Origin: an uncultured delta proteobacterium
GTDB lineage: Bacteria > Desulfobacterota > Binatia > UBA9968
Reading direction: 5' to 3'
Assembly: GCA_963804165.1 (NCBI GenBank)
Contig: CAWDPO010000020.1
Coordinates: forward strand, 27,291 to 91,290
Length of the DNA stretch: 64,000 nt
In this document: piece after piece, positions 33,329-43,657 of the stretch
Position numbering within the stretch: position 1 is the stretch's first letter
How the letters are laid out: each line of letters starts with the position of its first letter
The notes under the pieces: generated by a model
Database searches by the model: none
What the model saw: the letters and a program-made list of their open reading frames with translations, nothing else
What the model was told of the DNA's origin: nothing
Made by a program: the position numbers and the translations under genes

Positions 33329-34744
33329 TTATTGGAGTCTTGCTTGTTCTTCCACACCCTGCGGGACTAAATCGCGCTCTATCGATATTCTCGTTTCAGC
33401 CCTCTTGTTCGCATTCTCGGGCTGAATGCCGCCCAATAAATCCTGGGAAGCGGGGAGCAGCATTGTGAACGTTGTTCCGACGCCCTCCTTGCTCTCCACG
33501 GCGACGGTGCCATCGTGAGCCTCCACGATGGTTTTGACTATAAAAAGCCCGAGCCCGGTACCTTCGATGTTGGCAGCTCCTTTGAGACGTCCGTATTCGG
33601 AGAACAAGCTCGAGAGTTCTTCTTTCGGTATCCCCGCGCCGGTGTCCGTCACTTGTATTGAAATACTTTTCTTGACCATTCGAGTGCTCACAGTGATGCT
33701 GCCCCCGGCAGGGGTAAACTTTATGGCGTTGCTGACTAGATTCAACACCGCGCGTTGAAGTTGATGTTCGTCTCCTAGGACCGGTTTTAGTTCCTTATCG
33801 AGATCGAGAGACAGTTGAAGATTTTCTTCGCGGGCCGTCACCATTTGTTGGAGTACGATGTCTTCGGCGATGGCATTGATCTGAACCAAATTTTTCGCAG
33901 AATCTAACGTCAATGTTTCCAGCTTCGAAACAGCCAAAAAATCGGTGATCAGTTTTACGATACCATCGATATTTTTACGGATGCATGTGATAGAGGACAG
34001 CTTTCCCGTCGAATCCGGCTGGCTGCCGTAATCTGCAGCGAGCAGTTCCGCATGGCCGAGAATGACGTTGAGGGGCGTCTTGATGTCATGCGCGAGGGCA
34101 GAAACGAATTGACGCTTTAACCTCATCGTGGCTTCCATTTTCTCCACCCGTCTCTTTTCTCGCTTAACTTGACTCGCCAGATAACCATAAAAGATGGATA
34201 TACCGAACATGAAGGGCACGCGAATCAAGAAGTTTGGCTTGATGGTCAACACATCTGCCGCATTTGGGGATACAAACACGAGAAACACAAGGCTCAGAAG
34301 CACGCATCCGACACCAATCTGAATTAGATTTTCCCCTATAGCCGCGATCAAGACGCAGAAAAAAAACAGCAGCAGTAGGTCCCACGGTGCTTCCTGCGTT
34401 AGGATAGCGGAAACAATCAGAATGGAGTCTAGAATGAGAAGGCCGGGCTCAATTAGGTGGTTTTTAAAGGTCTCTTCGGAAATGCGCTTCAGTAAGGAAG
34501 CTGATCCAAGGCATACCAAGATTAATAGTGCCGGGATTGGATCGGTCAGACTCCAATTATTTGCGGCGAATACCAGGTAAGAAGTGCCGATTGCAACCAG
34601 CCATTGGATGGCGATGATAGCGTTCCGGTCTTCTCGGATCGAGGTCCCGTCACGACCGCGTGAACTCCAGGGACCGAGCCATTGCGACATTACTTTGCCG
34701 TTTGAAAGTGAGATCGGCCACTGGAGCGAAGATTCACTGTTCAC
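33329..34744 (-). CDS. Membrane sensor histidine kinase
   Basis: Multiple TM helices; LAHDIKTPL H-box, NLVSNAIKFT, DTGAG, GTGLGL; GTG start after AAGGAG. Confidence 0.92.
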   Translation of the reverse strand: MNSESSLQWPISLSNGKVMSQWLGPWSSRGRDGTSIREDRNAIIAIQWLVAIGTSYLVFAANNWSLTDPIPALLILVCLGSASLLKRISEETFKNHLIEPGLLILDSILIVSAILTQEAPWDLLLLFFFCVLIAAIGENLIQIGVGCVLLSLVFLVFVSPNAADVLTIKPNFLIRVPFMFGISIFYGYLASQVKREKRRVEKMEATMRLKRQFVSALAHDIKTPLNVILGHAELLAADYGSQPDSTGKLSSITCIRKNIDGIVKLITDFLAVSKLETLTLDSAKNLVQINAIAEDIVLQQMVTAREENLQLSLDLDKELKPVLGDEHQLQRAVLNLVSNAIKFTPAGGSITVSTRMVKKSISIQVTDTGAGIPKEELSSLFSEYGRLKGAANIEGTGLGLFIVKTIVEAHDGTVAVESKEGVGTTFTMLLPASQDLLGGIQPENANKRAETRISIERDLVPQGVEEQARLQ

Positions 34745-34855
34745 AAACTTCTCCTTCGATAATTTCTCGGATGATGATCGCGCCAGGCCGGCGCCCCAAC
34801 CTACTTGTTTTCTAAAGTAAACGGTTGCAATCGATCCTCCGGATCTGATCTTTTG

Positions 34856-34872
34856 AGCATCTTCCGTGCCAA
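34856..34872 (-). promoter_or_regulatory. Putative sigma54 (-24/-12) promoter
   Basis: TTGGCACGGAAGATGCT, GG-N10-GC spacing. Confidence 0.55.
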
Positions 34873-35146
34873 CGCCTCGTACCATAAGTTGGTGTCGATT
34901 TTTTAAGGAGATAGCATTCAGCCGTTAATTGGCCGATGACATATTGGGACATTCTTGGCGGATTTTACCAAAAATGAACTTTTCCAAGGTAGTAGAAGCA
35001 AAGCCGCAGACTATGCACCTGATGCGAGAGAGTGTTAAAACCATAGTTCAGCCCGGCATCGTCGGGTCGCAGTATTCGCGAGTCTTGAGGGTTTAAGTCG
35101 TTAATTCTTTTCGTTCCCGCACCGTTGTGCTAGCAGAAGAAAAAAG

Positions 35147-35830
35147 ATGGCCGCGATCAAACAACTCAACGAGTCGATCATTCGATGCAAAAGGTGCCCG
35201 CGGCTGGTGCGGTGGCGAGAAGCGGCAGCGAAAAATCCGCCGCGGCGTTATCTCGGACAAAGCTACTGGGCCAAACCGCTGCCGGGATTCGGCGACCCGA
35301 AGGCGCGTGTTCTCATCGTCGGCCTGGCTCCTGCGGCGCACGGCGGCAATCGCACCGGACGCATGTTTACGGGAGACCGCAGCGGCGATTGGCTTTACGG
35401 CGCGCTTCACGCCGCGGGTTTTGCCAATCAGGCCAATTCCGATCATCGCGACGACGGCCTGAAGCTCCGCGAGTGTTACATCACCGCGGCGGTGCACTGC
35501 GCGCCGCCGGGAAACAGGCCGGCGATTGGCGAATTCCAGCGCTGCCGGCCTTACTTGGTACAAGAGCTGAGACATTTTCGCCAAGTGAAAGTGGTGATCG
35601 CGCTCGGCAAGATTGCCTTCGATTCGTTTATCAAAGCCTATGAAGAAGCCGGTGGAACGATTACCAAACCGCGGCCAAAATTCGGCCATGGCGTCGCGGT
35701 GGACTTGCCAAATGGTCAGCGACTAATCTGCTCGTATCATCCGAGCCAGCAAAACACCTTCACCGGGAAACTCACGAGACCGATGTTTCAAAGTATCTTT
35801 GATCGAGCGCGCGCGATACTGAACGATTAG
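35147..35830 (+). CDS. Uracil-DNA glycosylase family 5 (UdgB-like, Fe-S)
   Basis: [38 protein letters not shown]. Confidence 0.92.
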   Translation: MAAIKQLNESIIRCKRCPRLVRWREAAAKNPPRRYLGQSYWAKPLPGFGDPKARVLIVGLAPAAHGGNRTGRMFTGDRSGDWLYGALHAAGFANQANSDHRDDGLKLRECYITAAVHCAPPGNRPAIGEFQRCRPYLVQELRHFRQVKVVIALGKIAFDSFIKAYEEAGGTITKPRPKFGHGVAVDLPNGQRLICSYHPSQQNTFTGKLTRPMFQSIFDRARAILND

Positions 35831-35844
35831 ATACGCGCCATCAA

Positions 35845-36569
35845 ATGGGAATCGGGGATCTTTTATGCGCTCGTCGCCGGGCTTTTTTGGGGCACGAGTC
35901 CGGTGCTGGTGAAACGCGGGTTGGCGGGTGCCGACGTGAGCGCGGCGACGCTCTACCAACAAGCAACGATTCTTCTAACGCTATTCGTCTCCGCGCTGCT
36001 CGAAGGGGATTTATTCGCCGGCAAGATCCCTTCGGTCGCCGTGCTTATTTTCGCCGGCACCGGTGTCGTCGGCGCCTATCTCGGCCGGACGCTCTTCGTC
36101 AGAAGCGTCGATCAGATCGGCGCCTCGCGGGCGCAGTCGCTCAATAACTCCGCGCCTCTGATCACGTTGGCGGGTGTGCTTTTGGCGGCGGCCGTGACGT
36201 CGGCGAAGGAGTCTGTCTTTTGCCGTCCTGATCGGCGTGATGTTTATCATCTCCGGCGTCTTTCTTCGTGCCGAGCCAAATTCGAACGGCTGCGCCGGAC
36301 GGCAAATCCGCGACCACGGCGGGTCACTCTGGCTGCCAGCCATTAAGCGACAGCTTTGCGGTTTTCTCTACGCCATCGGTTCGATCTTTACTTTGAAAGC
36401 GCTGGTGCACGCGCCTGCTTCCATAGTTGCGCCGATCTGGAGCGCGCAGCCTATCGTCAGTTTCTTTTTAGCGAAGACCACGCTCAAGGGCATCGAAGAC
36501 GTCAAGTTCAAGGACGGCGCGGCGGCGGCGCTGGTCGTCGTCGGCGTTTTGGTGTTACGGTGGGGATGA
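35845..36569 (+). pseudogene. EamA/DMT-family transporter, frameshifted or deleted
   Basis: Hydrophobic segments in several frames (GILYALVAG, LGRTLF...IGASRA, SIVAPIWSAQP). Confidence 0.7.
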
Positions 36570-36627
36570 AAGAGTCGTTCAAGGGTTCAAGGTTCAAACG
36601 TTCAATAGGAGAATTGCGGAGATTACG

Positions 36628-39522
36628 ATGAGCGTGAAAGAAGGCAGAGATCATTTCGAGATCGAAGCGGAATTAAGAAGGCGAGTTGAAGGCGATATTC
36701 ACTTCGACCGATATTCGCGTTTGCTCTATTCTACGGACGCGTCGATCTATCAGATCGAGCCCATCGGCGTCGTCGTACCGCGCCACAAAGGCGACGTGCA
36801 AGCGGTGATCGAGATCGCCAATCGGTTGGGTGTATCGATTTTGCCGCGCGGCGGCGGGACATCCTTGGCCGGACAAACGGTGGGACACTCCATCGTGTTG
36901 GATTTTTCCAAATATATGAAAAACGTGCTGGAGGTGAACCGTGAAGAGCTCTGGTGCCGCGTTCAACCTGGCCTGGTGCAAGACGAACTGAATGCTCATG
37001 TCCGCGGTATGGGGCTGCAGTTCGGTCCCGACACTTCGACGTCCAATCGCGCGACGATCGGCGGTATGATCGGCAACAACTCCGCCGGCGCCCATTCGCT
37101 GACTTACGGCAAGACGCTGGATCACGTTCTCGAACTGACGGTGCTGCTCGCCGACGGCAGCGAGGTCGTGCTGAAAGACCTTTCGCCCGCGGCGCTGGAA
37201 GGTAAAAGCAAGGCCGATTCGATCGAGGCCAGCGCCTATCGCGAGGTGTCGCGCCTGGCGCAGCAGCATAAGAACGAAATCCTCGCGCGCTATCCGAAAA
37301 TTATGCGGCGAGTGTCGGGTTATAATTTAGACGAGTTTATCAAGCCGCAGCCGTTCAATCTCGCGCGCATGCTGGTCGGCTCCGAGGGTACACTGGCGAC
37401 GATCATCGAGGCCAAGATGCGACTCGTGCCCAAACCCAAGTGGACGGCGATGGACGTCATTCACTTCCACGACGACATCGCTGCGCTTGAGGCAGCCCAG
37501 ACGATTTTGGAAACTGCGCCCTATGCTCTGGAGTCCACCGATAAGATGATTCTCGATTTGGCGCGGGGAAACATCGTACAATCCCAACGTCTGGGTTTCG
37601 TCCAGGGAAACCCGAGTTCCCTGCTGATGGTCGAGTACGCCGGTGAAAGCGAAAAAGAGGTGAGGGAGCAAGTCGACAAACTCGAGGAAGTGCGCAAGCG
37701 CAAGAAGATCGGCTACGCCGCTACGCTCGCGTTCAAGCCGGAAGAGGTGAAGGCGGTCTGGGGCGTGCGCAAAGCCGGACTCGGTTTGTTGCTCGGCACC
37801 ACGGGCGACAAGAAGCCTATTGCCTTCGTCGAGGATGCGGCGGTGGAACCGTCCAAGCTGCCGGAGTTTATCAAACGTTTTCGCGAAATCGTCACGCGTC
37901 ACGACACGGTGGCCGGTTACTACGGCCACTGCTCGGTCGGCTGCATGCATATCCGTCCGCTGATCAATCTCAAGGAAGAGAGCGAAAAGCAAAAAATGGT
38001 TTCCATCGCCAACGCGATTGCCGATCTGGTGCTGGAATTCAACGGCGCCATGTCGGGCGAGCACGGCGATGGCCTGGCGCGGAGCCATTTCAATGCCAAG
38101 CTGTTTGGCCCGGCGCTGTACGATGCGTTTCGCCAAGTGAAACGCGCCTTCGATCCAAAAAATCTCATGAACCCGGGCAAGATCGTCGACGCGCCGGCGA
38201 TGACCGAGTCGCTGAAAATCAGCCCGCAATACAAAACCTGGGAGCCGCGCACGACGCTGGACTTCAGCGAACAGGGTGGTTTTGCGCGGGCGGTGGAAAT
38301 GTGCAGTGGCATGGGCGAGTGTCGCAAAAAACTCGACGGCACCATGTGTCCATCCTACATGGGCACTCTCGACGAAGAGCACTCCACGCGGGGCCGCGCC
38401 AACGCGCTCCGAAACGCCATCGCCGGAAGAATGCCGCAGGAAGAATTCACGGGTAAACGGTTATTCGAAGTGATGGATCTTTGCCTCGAGTGCAAAGCCT
38501 GCAAGGCGGAGTGTCCGTCCAACGTCGACATGGCGAAGCTCAAGTACGAGTTTCTCGATCACTACCACCGCGCCAACGGTTTGCCGCTGCGCAACCGGCT
38601 GTTCGGCGGCATCGAGACTTTGAATCGCATCGGATCGAAATTGGCGCCGCTGTCGAATTGGCTCGCGAATTCGTCGGTGAATCGCTGGGTGATGGAAGTC
38701 GTCGCCGGCATTGACCGCAGACGGCCGTTGCCGCAATTCGCGGGGGAAACTTTCGAGGACTGGTTTCGCAATCGCAAAACGGAAGGCGACGGCTCGAAGG
38801 GTGACGTCGTGTTGTTTCACGATACCTTTAACAATTTTAATACCCCGAGTGTCGCCATTGCCGCGACGCGTTTTCTGGAAAAATCCGGCTATCGAGTTCT
38901 GTTGATCGATAAAAAGTGCTGCGGCCGGCCGATGATCTCCAAAGGCATGCTTGGCCAAGCCAAGGAAAACGCCGCGTGGAACGTCGACAAACTCGCGCCG
39001 TTCGCCGAGAAGGGGACGGCGATCGTCGGCCTGGAACCTTCGTGTTTGCTCACGCTGCGGGACGAATATCCGGAATTCATTCGAACCGAGGCGGCGAAGA
39101 AGGTTGCCGAGAACAGTTTTCTGCTCGAAGAGTTTGTCGCGCGCGAACAGAAGGCGGGACGACTGGTTCCCACTTCATCCGGCAACGGAAGAAAAGTTTT
39201 GCTGCATGGTCACTGCCACCAAAAAGCTCTGGTTGGGACGGCGCCGACCATCGCGATGCTCAAAGCAGCCGGATACGACGTCAGCGAAGTCGACTCCGGC
39301 TGCTGCGGCATGGCCGGCTCTTTTGGTTTTGAAAAAGAGCATTACGATCTCTCAACTAAAATCGGCAACCGGCGATTGGCGCCGGCGGTAAAAGCCGCTG
39401 GCGATAACGTCGAAATCGTCGCTCCCGGGATTTCCTGTCGGCAGCAGATCGATCACCTCGCAGGCAGAAAAGCGAAGCATCCGGCGGAGCTTTTGTGGGA
39501 AGGACTGAGTAACGAGGACTGA
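36628..39522 (+). CDS. FAD-linked oxidase / Fe-S fusion (YdiJ/GlcD-GlcF-like)
   Basis: RGGGTSLAGQ, GSEGTL, SGEHGDG, CLECKACKAECP, CCG domains. Confidence 0.92.
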   Translation: MSVKEGRDHFEIEAELRRRVEGDIHFDRYSRLLYSTDASIYQIEPIGVVVPRHKGDVQAVIEIANRLGVSILPRGGGTSLAGQTVGHSIVLDFSKYMKNVLEVNREELWCRVQPGLVQDELNAHVRGMGLQFGPDTSTSNRATIGGMIGNNSAGAHSLTYGKTLDHVLELTVLLADGSEVVLKDLSPAALEGKSKADSIEASAYREVSRLAQQHKNEILARYPKIMRRVSGYNLDEFIKPQPFNLARMLVGSEGTLATIIEAKMRLVPKPKWTAMDVIHFHDDIAALEAAQTILETAPYALESTDKMILDLARGNIVQSQRLGFVQGNPSSLLMVEYAGESEKEVREQVDKLEEVRKRKKIGYAATLAFKPEEVKAVWGVRKAGLGLLLGTTGDKKPIAFVEDAAVEPSKLPEFIKRFREIVTRHDTVAGYYGHCSVGCMHIRPLINLKEESEKQKMVSIANAIADLVLEFNGAMSGEHGDGLARSHFNAKLFGPALYDAFRQVKRAFDPKNLMNPGKIVDAPAMTESLKISPQYKTWEPRTTLDFSEQGGFARAVEMCSGMGECRKKLDGTMCPSYMGTLDEEHSTRGRANALRNAIAGRMPQEEFTGKRLFEVMDLCLECKACKAECPSNVDMAKLKYEFLDHYHRANGLPLRNRLFGGIETLNRIGSKLAPLSNWLANSSVNRWVMEVVAGIDRRRPLPQFAGETFEDWFRNRKTEGDGSKGDVVLFHDTFNNFNTPSVAIAATRFLEKSGYRVLLIDKKCCGRPMISKGMLGQAKENAAWNVDKLAPFAEKGTAIVGLEPSCLLTLRDEYPEFIRTEAAKKVAENSFLLEEFVAREQKAGRLVPTSSGNGRKVLLHGHCHQKALVGTAPTIAMLKAAGYDVSEVDSGCCGMAGSFGFEKEHYDLSTKIGNRRLAPAVKAAGDNVEIVAPGISCRQQIDHLAGRKAKHPAELLWEGLSNED

Positions 39523-39524
39523 GT

Positions 39525-39746
39525 TTTGAATCACTGCGGGTCTCATTCCCGCAGCTAGCTGCGTAGAGTACTCTTCCATATCTCTTAACGTCCGTCATTC
39601 CCGAATGCACCTATCGATGGCTCGACTGGGCTCGCCACAGGCGAGACCGGAACTGGACCCCCGATTAAAACATTCGGGGGTGACGCCTTTGGGATAAATG
39701 CTCGTCTACTTCTGATACCCTGCACCTTGCTGCGGGGTAGTTCATT
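39525..39746 (+). repeat. MITE/REPIN-like element, copy B
   Basis: Close match to 11416-11621 at both ends and internally. Confidence 0.85.
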
Positions 39747-39793
39747 TTCTGCCGCCGAATTGGCGTCGTCCAGAGCATGGAGGCCGGCACGGC

Positions 39794-41833
39794 TCAGTAC
39801 TTCCAGTCCGGCTCTTCGCTTTCGGGAAGTAAGTTGAAGACAGCTTCGGCGGAGCCGTATATCGGCGCGACGGCGGCGGGCGCCAATTCATTGAACCATT
39901 CCAGGTAGCGGGCAATCTGGCGCCGGGTCGAAAACACTTCGAAGGAGCGGGAACCGGTCAGCTCGCGCAATTCGCTCGCGTAGTCCTGGGCTTTGGCGGC
40001 AAAATTCTCGGCGGGATCGCGATCGCGCACGCTCTCTACGAGCGGCGCGAGGAGATAGAGCTCGATCAGATTGGCGATCGCCCATTTGCGCGCCGAATGG
40101 TCCTCGTTACGCAAATCGGTGAGCGACTGCGCTTCGGCCAGCGCCCAAAGGCGCCAGGGGGATTTTTCCGAATTCTCCGTCGCCTGCGCCTGGTTAAATG
40201 AATTCAAAATCAACGTCAGTGAAAGAAACTGGACGATCGCCCAGTGATTGGCGCGATGGCTGAGAAACGAGTTCCAGTAATGATCCCGCGCGCGCTCGAG
40301 CGCGTCCATCATGTCGCGGCGAGCCTGGTCAAGCTCATTCGGATCGATCGTGGTAATTTTAGTGATGGCATGATGGATTTCGGCCTCGCGCTTTTCGGTG
40401 CTCGCGAGCAGGCCGCGGATACGTGCCATATGAGCGGGATGCCGGATCAGCAACTTTTCCAGTCTGAATTTCGCCGTGGCGACTTGTTGTTTCGCGACCC
40501 GCAGCAGCGCTTCCTTTTCCTCTTCGGTCTCGGGCTTGGCTTGATTCGCCATGGAGCGCCGACTGGTGCGCGTAGAGAAGCGTCGGGTAACTTCATCGGC
40601 TTCGTGAAGGGCGACATCGATGCTATCCATCGCGCGCTGGATCTGCACCGAGGCGAGCTGCTCGTCGAAATCCGGCGGCAGCGACGCGTACGCCGTGACC
40701 GATGCCCAGTCATGGGTCGTGGGAAACTGAGTGTGCAGTTGTCGCCGCAAATCCATCAGCAGCTTGCGCGGGTCTTCACCCCAAAGCAGTCCATGATAGA
40801 GAATTTCCACCAGTCGCACCGACCCGCCATAGGACAAAGGAAATTGCGAAGCGATCACCATGGGGACGCCGGCTTCGTGCAGGGCGTGGGCGATACTGGC
40901 GCCGGCGCCGGCGATTGAACCGACGTTGCCGCTATTACAGCTCGCCAGTGTTACCACCGTCGGACGGGCCAGCTGTCCGTCGTGGGTTCTTTGCGCGACG
41001 CGCAACGCGGTCGCCAGGCGATCGCCGCTCACGATATCGGCGTCACCCATGACATCCGCGGCGGTATGGAGCGCGAGCCCGAAGCGCACGTCGTAGTCGT
41101 TACGGTGCTCATGACCGTGAGCGAGGATATGAATGTGGGTGTATTGGCCGGACGCGCAGGCTGCTTCGATGGATTCCGCGCTGGCATGGGTCAACACCGA
41201 TAAGTGTTCCTCCACGCGCTGCTTGCGTTTGTCCGGACCTTCCGCTTCGGTGGCGCCAATCCACGGCTCGATGGCTTTGCGCAGGGCGAGCAGATGGGCG
41301 CCGGCGGGAACGGCGGGGTAACCCGGCGGCGCTGCGGTGACGAACAAGATTTTCGGCCGCTTCGGCCAGTCGACAAATTCTTCGGGCACACGGCGCGTCT
41401 CGCGGGTAATGCACAACGGCATTTGCGACTGCAGCAGCAGCGATTGCCCCGAGCCGGGAAAGCCGTGCGGCGCCAGCGCGAGCTCGAAGGGCAGCAGCGC
41501 AAGCTCGGCGGCCGACAGCACCAGACGCAGGTGCGTGACCGATTCCTTATCGGCGTCGATCTGCTGGCCGCTGAGGGCGGCGGTGAGCCCAGGGATCTTG
41601 GATAGCAGATCGCCCATCACCTGCGCCGTATCGCGCACCTGAAAAATACGCGGCTCCTCGCCGATATTGTAACTGAGCGCGCGATGGCGATAGAGAAATT
41701 GATTGTGCTCGAAGGGCACATGCACCGTTACCGCGGAGTGGTTCTCGCATAGGGCGAGATATTGCGTCAGCGGCGAGAGCAGCTGATTATGGGCCGGACC
41801 GTGGCGCAATAATTCGAGTGTGATCGTGCGCAT
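39794..41833 (-). CDS. CHAT-domain (caspase-like) protease with a helical C-terminal domain
   Basis: ELALLPFELA, HILAHG (His), TLASCNSG (Cys), GVPMVIASQFPL, DWAS; ATG 2 nt after the upstream stop. Confidence 0.88.
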   Translation of the reverse strand: MRTITLELLRHGPAHNQLLSPLTQYLALCENHSAVTVHVPFEHNQFLYRHRALSYNIGEEPRIFQVRDTAQVMGDLLSKIPGLTAALSGQQIDADKESVTHLRLVLSAAELALLPFELALAPHGFPGSGQSLLLQSQMPLCITRETRRVPEEFVDWPKRPKILFVTAAPPGYPAVPAGAHLLALRKAIEPWIGATEAEGPDKRKQRVEEHLSVLTHASAESIEAACASGQYTHIHILAHGHEHRNDYDVRFGLALHTAADVMGDADIVSGDRLATALRVAQRTHDGQLARPTVVTLASCNSGNVGSIAGAGASIAHALHEAGVPMVIASQFPLSYGGSVRLVEILYHGLLWGEDPRKLLMDLRRQLHTQFPTTHDWASVTAYASLPPDFDEQLASVQIQRAMDSIDVALHEADEVTRRFSTRTSRRSMANQAKPETEEEKEALLRVAKQQVATAKFRLEKLLIRHPAHMARIRGLLASTEKREAEIHHAITKITTIDPNELDQARRDMMDALERARDHYWNSFLSHRANHWAIVQFLSLTLILNSFNQAQATENSEKSPWRLWALAEAQSLTDLRNEDHSARKWAIANLIELYLLAPLVESVRDRDPAENFAAKAQDYASELRELTGSRSFEVFSTRRQIARYLEWFNELAPAAVAPIYGSAEAVFNLLPESEEPDWKY

Positions 41834-41835
41834 AG

Positions 41836-43317
41836 TTATTTCTTGACGCGCAGGCTTTCCGGAACCGTCTCGGGTACTCCGCCGCCGGATTGCATGCGTC
41901 TCAGTTCGCCGCACGTGCGGCCCTGGTGATCGACAAAAATCGACACGATGGAGCAGCGCTTGGTGACTAGGCCGGGTTCGTCGTCCAGCGCGGCCATTTC
42001 GCCGCCTTTCAATATATTAAAGACTTTCTCGAACTTGACCGGATCGCCGCGCACCTCGGGCGTGATCCGGATGAGACGCGCCCAGGTACCGCTGTTGAAA
42101 TAAAACCCTTGACCCTTCCGTCGCTGGAGCGCGCGCTCGAGATGGGTATGGCCGGCCACCAGGAAATCGACGTCCGCCCCGACCAAGTCATCGAGCCACC
42201 TGGAGGTGTCGTCGTCCGTAGCAATATCGAAGCTGCGATCGCGGTCGAGATTTTCCAGCGCTTCTCTGAGCACTTCGTGGGTGGGTTTGCCGGTAACCAG
42301 ATTCCATGTGGCGCTCCAGAATCCCAGCTGCCTGCTTTGCTCGCCGCGCACCAGTTCCATCGGGTCGGTGCCGTGCCGCGCTTGCGCTTCGACGAAGGTC
42401 ATGAGCTGTTCGGCCTGAACTTTGGACGCACCCTTTGCATTCATAGCGTTCAGGCGCGCGGTAAAAGTCGCGGCGGTATTATTATTCTGCGCGGATGAAA
42501 TGTTCGGATTATTCCCCGCCGCGACCTGCGCATCGCCGAGAAAGCCCGTGGCCATGCGCGCGGCGTCCCAGGCGCGCCGTCCGGCGACGACTGCGGCGCC
42601 CTGCAATTTCGTGATCGCGGACGGATCGAGGGCGAGGAGCGTAGGCACCACGCCTTCGGCCTCGGGTTTCAGCAGATCGACGAACGGATAGCGTCGCTTC
42701 ACCTCATTCATGACTTGAATCACCATCTGCGTGCCGGCGTTGGGTATCCATGGCTCCACGGAATTCTGAAAATAAACGTCGCGGCCGATGCGCCTGATCT
42801 GTTCAAAATCGACGACGTTCCAACTGTCCACCTCGTTGCCGTGCAGGCATAGCACTTTGGCGCCGCCGACCCGGCACAAAACCCCGGTGCCGTCCACGAG
42901 CACACGCAACCTGCCGCGCGCCGCCATGTCGCCGCCGCAAAGTGAGCGTATTAAATGTTCCCGTACCCATGGTAGCGCCAATTCGAGATCGTGGTTGCCA
43001 AGGTTGACGACCAAGGTGCGCTGTTTGGCGCGCAGGAATTTTTGCAACCCTTTAAAGATCGGCGCAAAGGTCTCATCAGCCATCACCCGAGTTAATTTGT
43101 CTTGGGCGTGCTCGGGATCGAAGTAGGCGGCCGGAGTTTCCGCGAGGAAATCGACAAAATCTCCGTTGATCACGAGAGCGATCTCTTTCTTGGTCTCCGC
43201 CGTCGCCAAGTGGTCGATGAACGCAACGAGCTCGGCCGTGGAGCCAAAGATCTGAAAGCGTTTTTCTCCGCCGAGGTGGAGATCGGAAATGACGTGAACT
43301 TCGTCGAATTGCAGCAT
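41836..43317 (-). CDS. Calcineurin-like metallophosphoesterase
   Basis: DLH, GDFVD, GNHD, LHG, GHTH, NSGTW motifs. Confidence 0.88.
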   Translation of the reverse strand: MLQFDEVHVISDLHLGGEKRFQIFGSTAELVAFIDHLATAETKKEIALVINGDFVDFLAETPAAYFDPEHAQDKLTRVMADETFAPIFKGLQKFLRAKQRTLVVNLGNHDLELALPWVREHLIRSLCGGDMAARGRLRVLVDGTGVLCRVGGAKVLCLHGNEVDSWNVVDFEQIRRIGRDVYFQNSVEPWIPNAGTQMVIQVMNEVKRRYPFVDLLKPEAEGVVPTLLALDPSAITKLQGAAVVAGRRAWDAARMATGFLGDAQVAAGNNPNISSAQNNNTAATFTARLNAMNAKGASKVQAEQLMTFVEAQARHGTDPMELVRGEQSRQLGFWSATWNLVTGKPTHEVLREALENLDRDRSFDIATDDDTSRWLDDLVGADVDFLVAGHTHLERALQRRKGQGFYFNSGTWARLIRITPEVRGDPVKFEKVFNILKGGEMAALDDEPGLVTKRCSIVSIFVDHQGRTCGELRRMQSGGGVPETVPESLRVKK

Positions 43318-43360
43318 GGAGATCAGGTACCTTCTAAAACATCGCGTTCTACTCGATCAC

Positions 43361-43628
43361 GGCTCGCCCGAGGTTAACCGTGGAAAAAGTCTCCTGTCAA
43401 TCACAACCGTTTCGCGAATATATTTATGTCTCTCTCGGAGATGATTCGAAGATTCCTTGCCTTCAGGCGAGGTGCAAGTGCGTCATGCCGGTAAAAACCG
43501 GCATCCAGGTTCATTTTCAGTTCAAGCTCAAAAGCCGCTTGGATTTCGCCGGAATGACGAAGACAGGAGCCGACTTCCAATCGACCACGCCGCAACCTCT
43601 CGGCTTGGAGCCAAGGGCCGTTCAGTTT
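43361..43628. repeat. Second MITE-like element with an internal REP doublet
   Basis: GTCATGCCGG-TAAAAA-CCGGCATCCAG...TGGATTTCGCCGGAATGAC at 43482-43559; hairpin-bearing end CTCGGCTTGGAGCCAAG. Confidence 0.55.
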
Positions 43629-43657
43629 CGCCACGACGATTTGCCGTCCGCATGTCA

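Noticed and set aside
36576-36605. GTTCAA-type and ACTGAG-type short repeats (also about 447-475, 39502-39524, 56620-56690) as a CRISPR array
   Set aside because: They are 6-8 bp degenerate units without unique spacers, and no cas genes are present.
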